A model generated the notes under the pieces. That model was not told the origin of the DNA and did no database searches. It saw only the letters and a list, made by a program, of their open reading frames with translations. The translations under genes were made by a program, and so were the position numbers. Shown here piece after piece: positions 50,124 through 51,460 of a stretch of 51,460 bases of DNA. The stretch is from Bigelowiella natans CCMP2755 (lineage: Eukaryota; Protista; Cercozoa): contig ADNK01000595.1 in the NCBI GenBank assembly GCA_000320545.1, forward strand, positions 1-51,460, read 5' to 3'. Numbering within the stretch: position 1 is the first letter of the stretch; the number at the start of each line of letters is the position of its first letter.

Positions 50124-50876
50124 CTCTTGTGGGTGTGTCATTTGTCTTTGTGTAGTGTGAGTGTGAGTGTGAGTGTGAGTGTGAGTGTGTGTACGATCGG
50201 AGCTGCGCGGCGCTACCACCTTCCTAATCTGTTCCATCACTTGCTCCAACTCCTTTAGGCCGGACTGATGATAAGGGGTAGTAGAGCATTGTGTCAAACA
50301 CAAGGAATGGAAGGGACGGGGGAGGGGGGGGGCAGGAGGCAGTCGCCTGCCTTACACGGTGGCGCTCGTATGCAATCGATGGCCCTCTCAATCGATGCAA
50401 TCGTTTGACAACAACAAAGGAAGAGACTGTGTTATATCAGGGTAATATAAATGACGATGCGACCTGCTGCCTCTTCTCGCCTCCCCCACGCCCTATACCA
50501 GTGACTGCGAGAGGTGATACGATCATGCCGCGAACAACGGCACGGTCATGATGACCGGCGACAACGGCAACGACGACAATCAGGAGGTGTTGAAGGATGC
50601 GGTCCTACTACAAACTATGATATGTGGGAGGAGTAGGCTAGCCGCAGAGCACACGTATGTTCCTACTCTCCTCCTCCTCCTCCTCCTTCTTCTTCTTATG
50701 TCTTAAGCGTCATCCTCATCATCATCATCATCATCATCATCATCTTTCTTATCATCTTACAGAGTCTGGGCGTGTATCTATCCCGATATTTCAACGCCAC
50801 GGGGTCAGACTTGTCCACCTAATGAAGAAGAAGGCCTGGTAATTTACTACTCCTACCACCATTACTACTACTACAG

Positions 50877-50911
<35 letters not shown>

Positions 50912-51400
50912 TCGTTTGTGATGATGCCGTTGAAGCAATCGTTCTCTGACAGAACCTTGCCCCTCCCCATCCTGCCATGATAAAGCAGCGCAACTCAGCC
51001 CGCCATCACAAAACGGGGGGGGGGGGGGCTTGGATATACGGAGATGTTTGTTTAGCATTGCCAATCAATATTACATTCCGAGGAGACCTCCATCACTGTC
51101 GCTGTGCGTTCGAAACCTGGCCATATCGTCGCACCATATCCTCTCAACTATCATCATCATCATCATCGTCATCGTCGTCGTCATCATCATCTTGTGGGCG
51201 GGGTATTGTGTTTGTGTGAGTGCGTGTTTCTAGTAGTAGCAGTAGTTGTAGTAGTGGGTGGTTTCGAAGAAGAATGGAAGGAGTAGGGGAGCGGGAAGAA
51301 GAAGAAGAGGAAGAAGAAGAGGAAGAAGAAGAAGATGGAGGAAATGAAGGAGGAGGGAGGAGGTCAGATACCTTCTGTCCTCGTCTCTTTCTTTTTCCTG
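46532..51400 (-). CDS. Sel1-like repeat protein with acidic/low-complexity N-terminal region; 5' end probably beyond the window
   Basis: Exons AQFFLGAFYANGKGTNQDYTQAVKW, FKLAAAKNSPDAQ, YYLALCYANGAGVEKDTSTAY, ELWLQAAENGQTLSQ, YCLGACYDKGIGVAQ and NIKEAIAWYERAAENGNEQAQWRL. Inferred final exon DLRSSTPAT*. The upstream exons are less certain. Confidence 0.85.
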
Positions 51401-51425
51401 AAGTGTATATAAAAAGAGAATATAC

Positions 51426-51459
<34 letters not shown>

Positions 51460-51460
51460 G

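Noticed and set aside
46900-51286. ORFs with poly-His, poly-Ile, poly-Met, CVCV, YIYI and ERER tracts
   Set aside because: These are translations of intronic microsatellites, not proteins.

Overview
Eukaryotic, intron-rich genomic DNA from a protist. The microsatellite-filled introns, nuclear-encoded mitochondrial HslV and algal-type M1PDH-like ORF would fit an alga such as a chlorarachniophyte, but that is inference only. The left end (1-6.4 kb) is a nest of LTR retrotransposons: a young Ty3/gypsy-like element (CCCH-finger Gag, protease, RT) next to older degenerate elements. Host genes follow: transportin-1 (-), a DHHC palmitoyltransferase (+), an intronless mannitol-1-phosphate-dehydrogenase-like ORF (-), a decayed Cys-rich repeat gene (+), a GH2 endo-beta-mannosidase-like gene (-), a long RNI-type LRR gene (+), a four-finger C2H2 transcription factor (-), mitochondrial HslV (+) and a Sel1-repeat gene (-) that runs off the window. 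The main finding is a localized mutational signature. Two blocks (3934-6373 and 20021-21101) have lost nearly all TpA dinucleotides except those in CTAG, while CpG stays abundant. Conserved Tyr codons there read as His (CAC) or Cys (TGC), so both strands were hit. This looks like a targeted TpA->TpG/CpA (A-to-G) hypermutation system acting on transposons and silent DNA, RIP-like but in the opposite direction. All counts and exon boundaries were read by eye.
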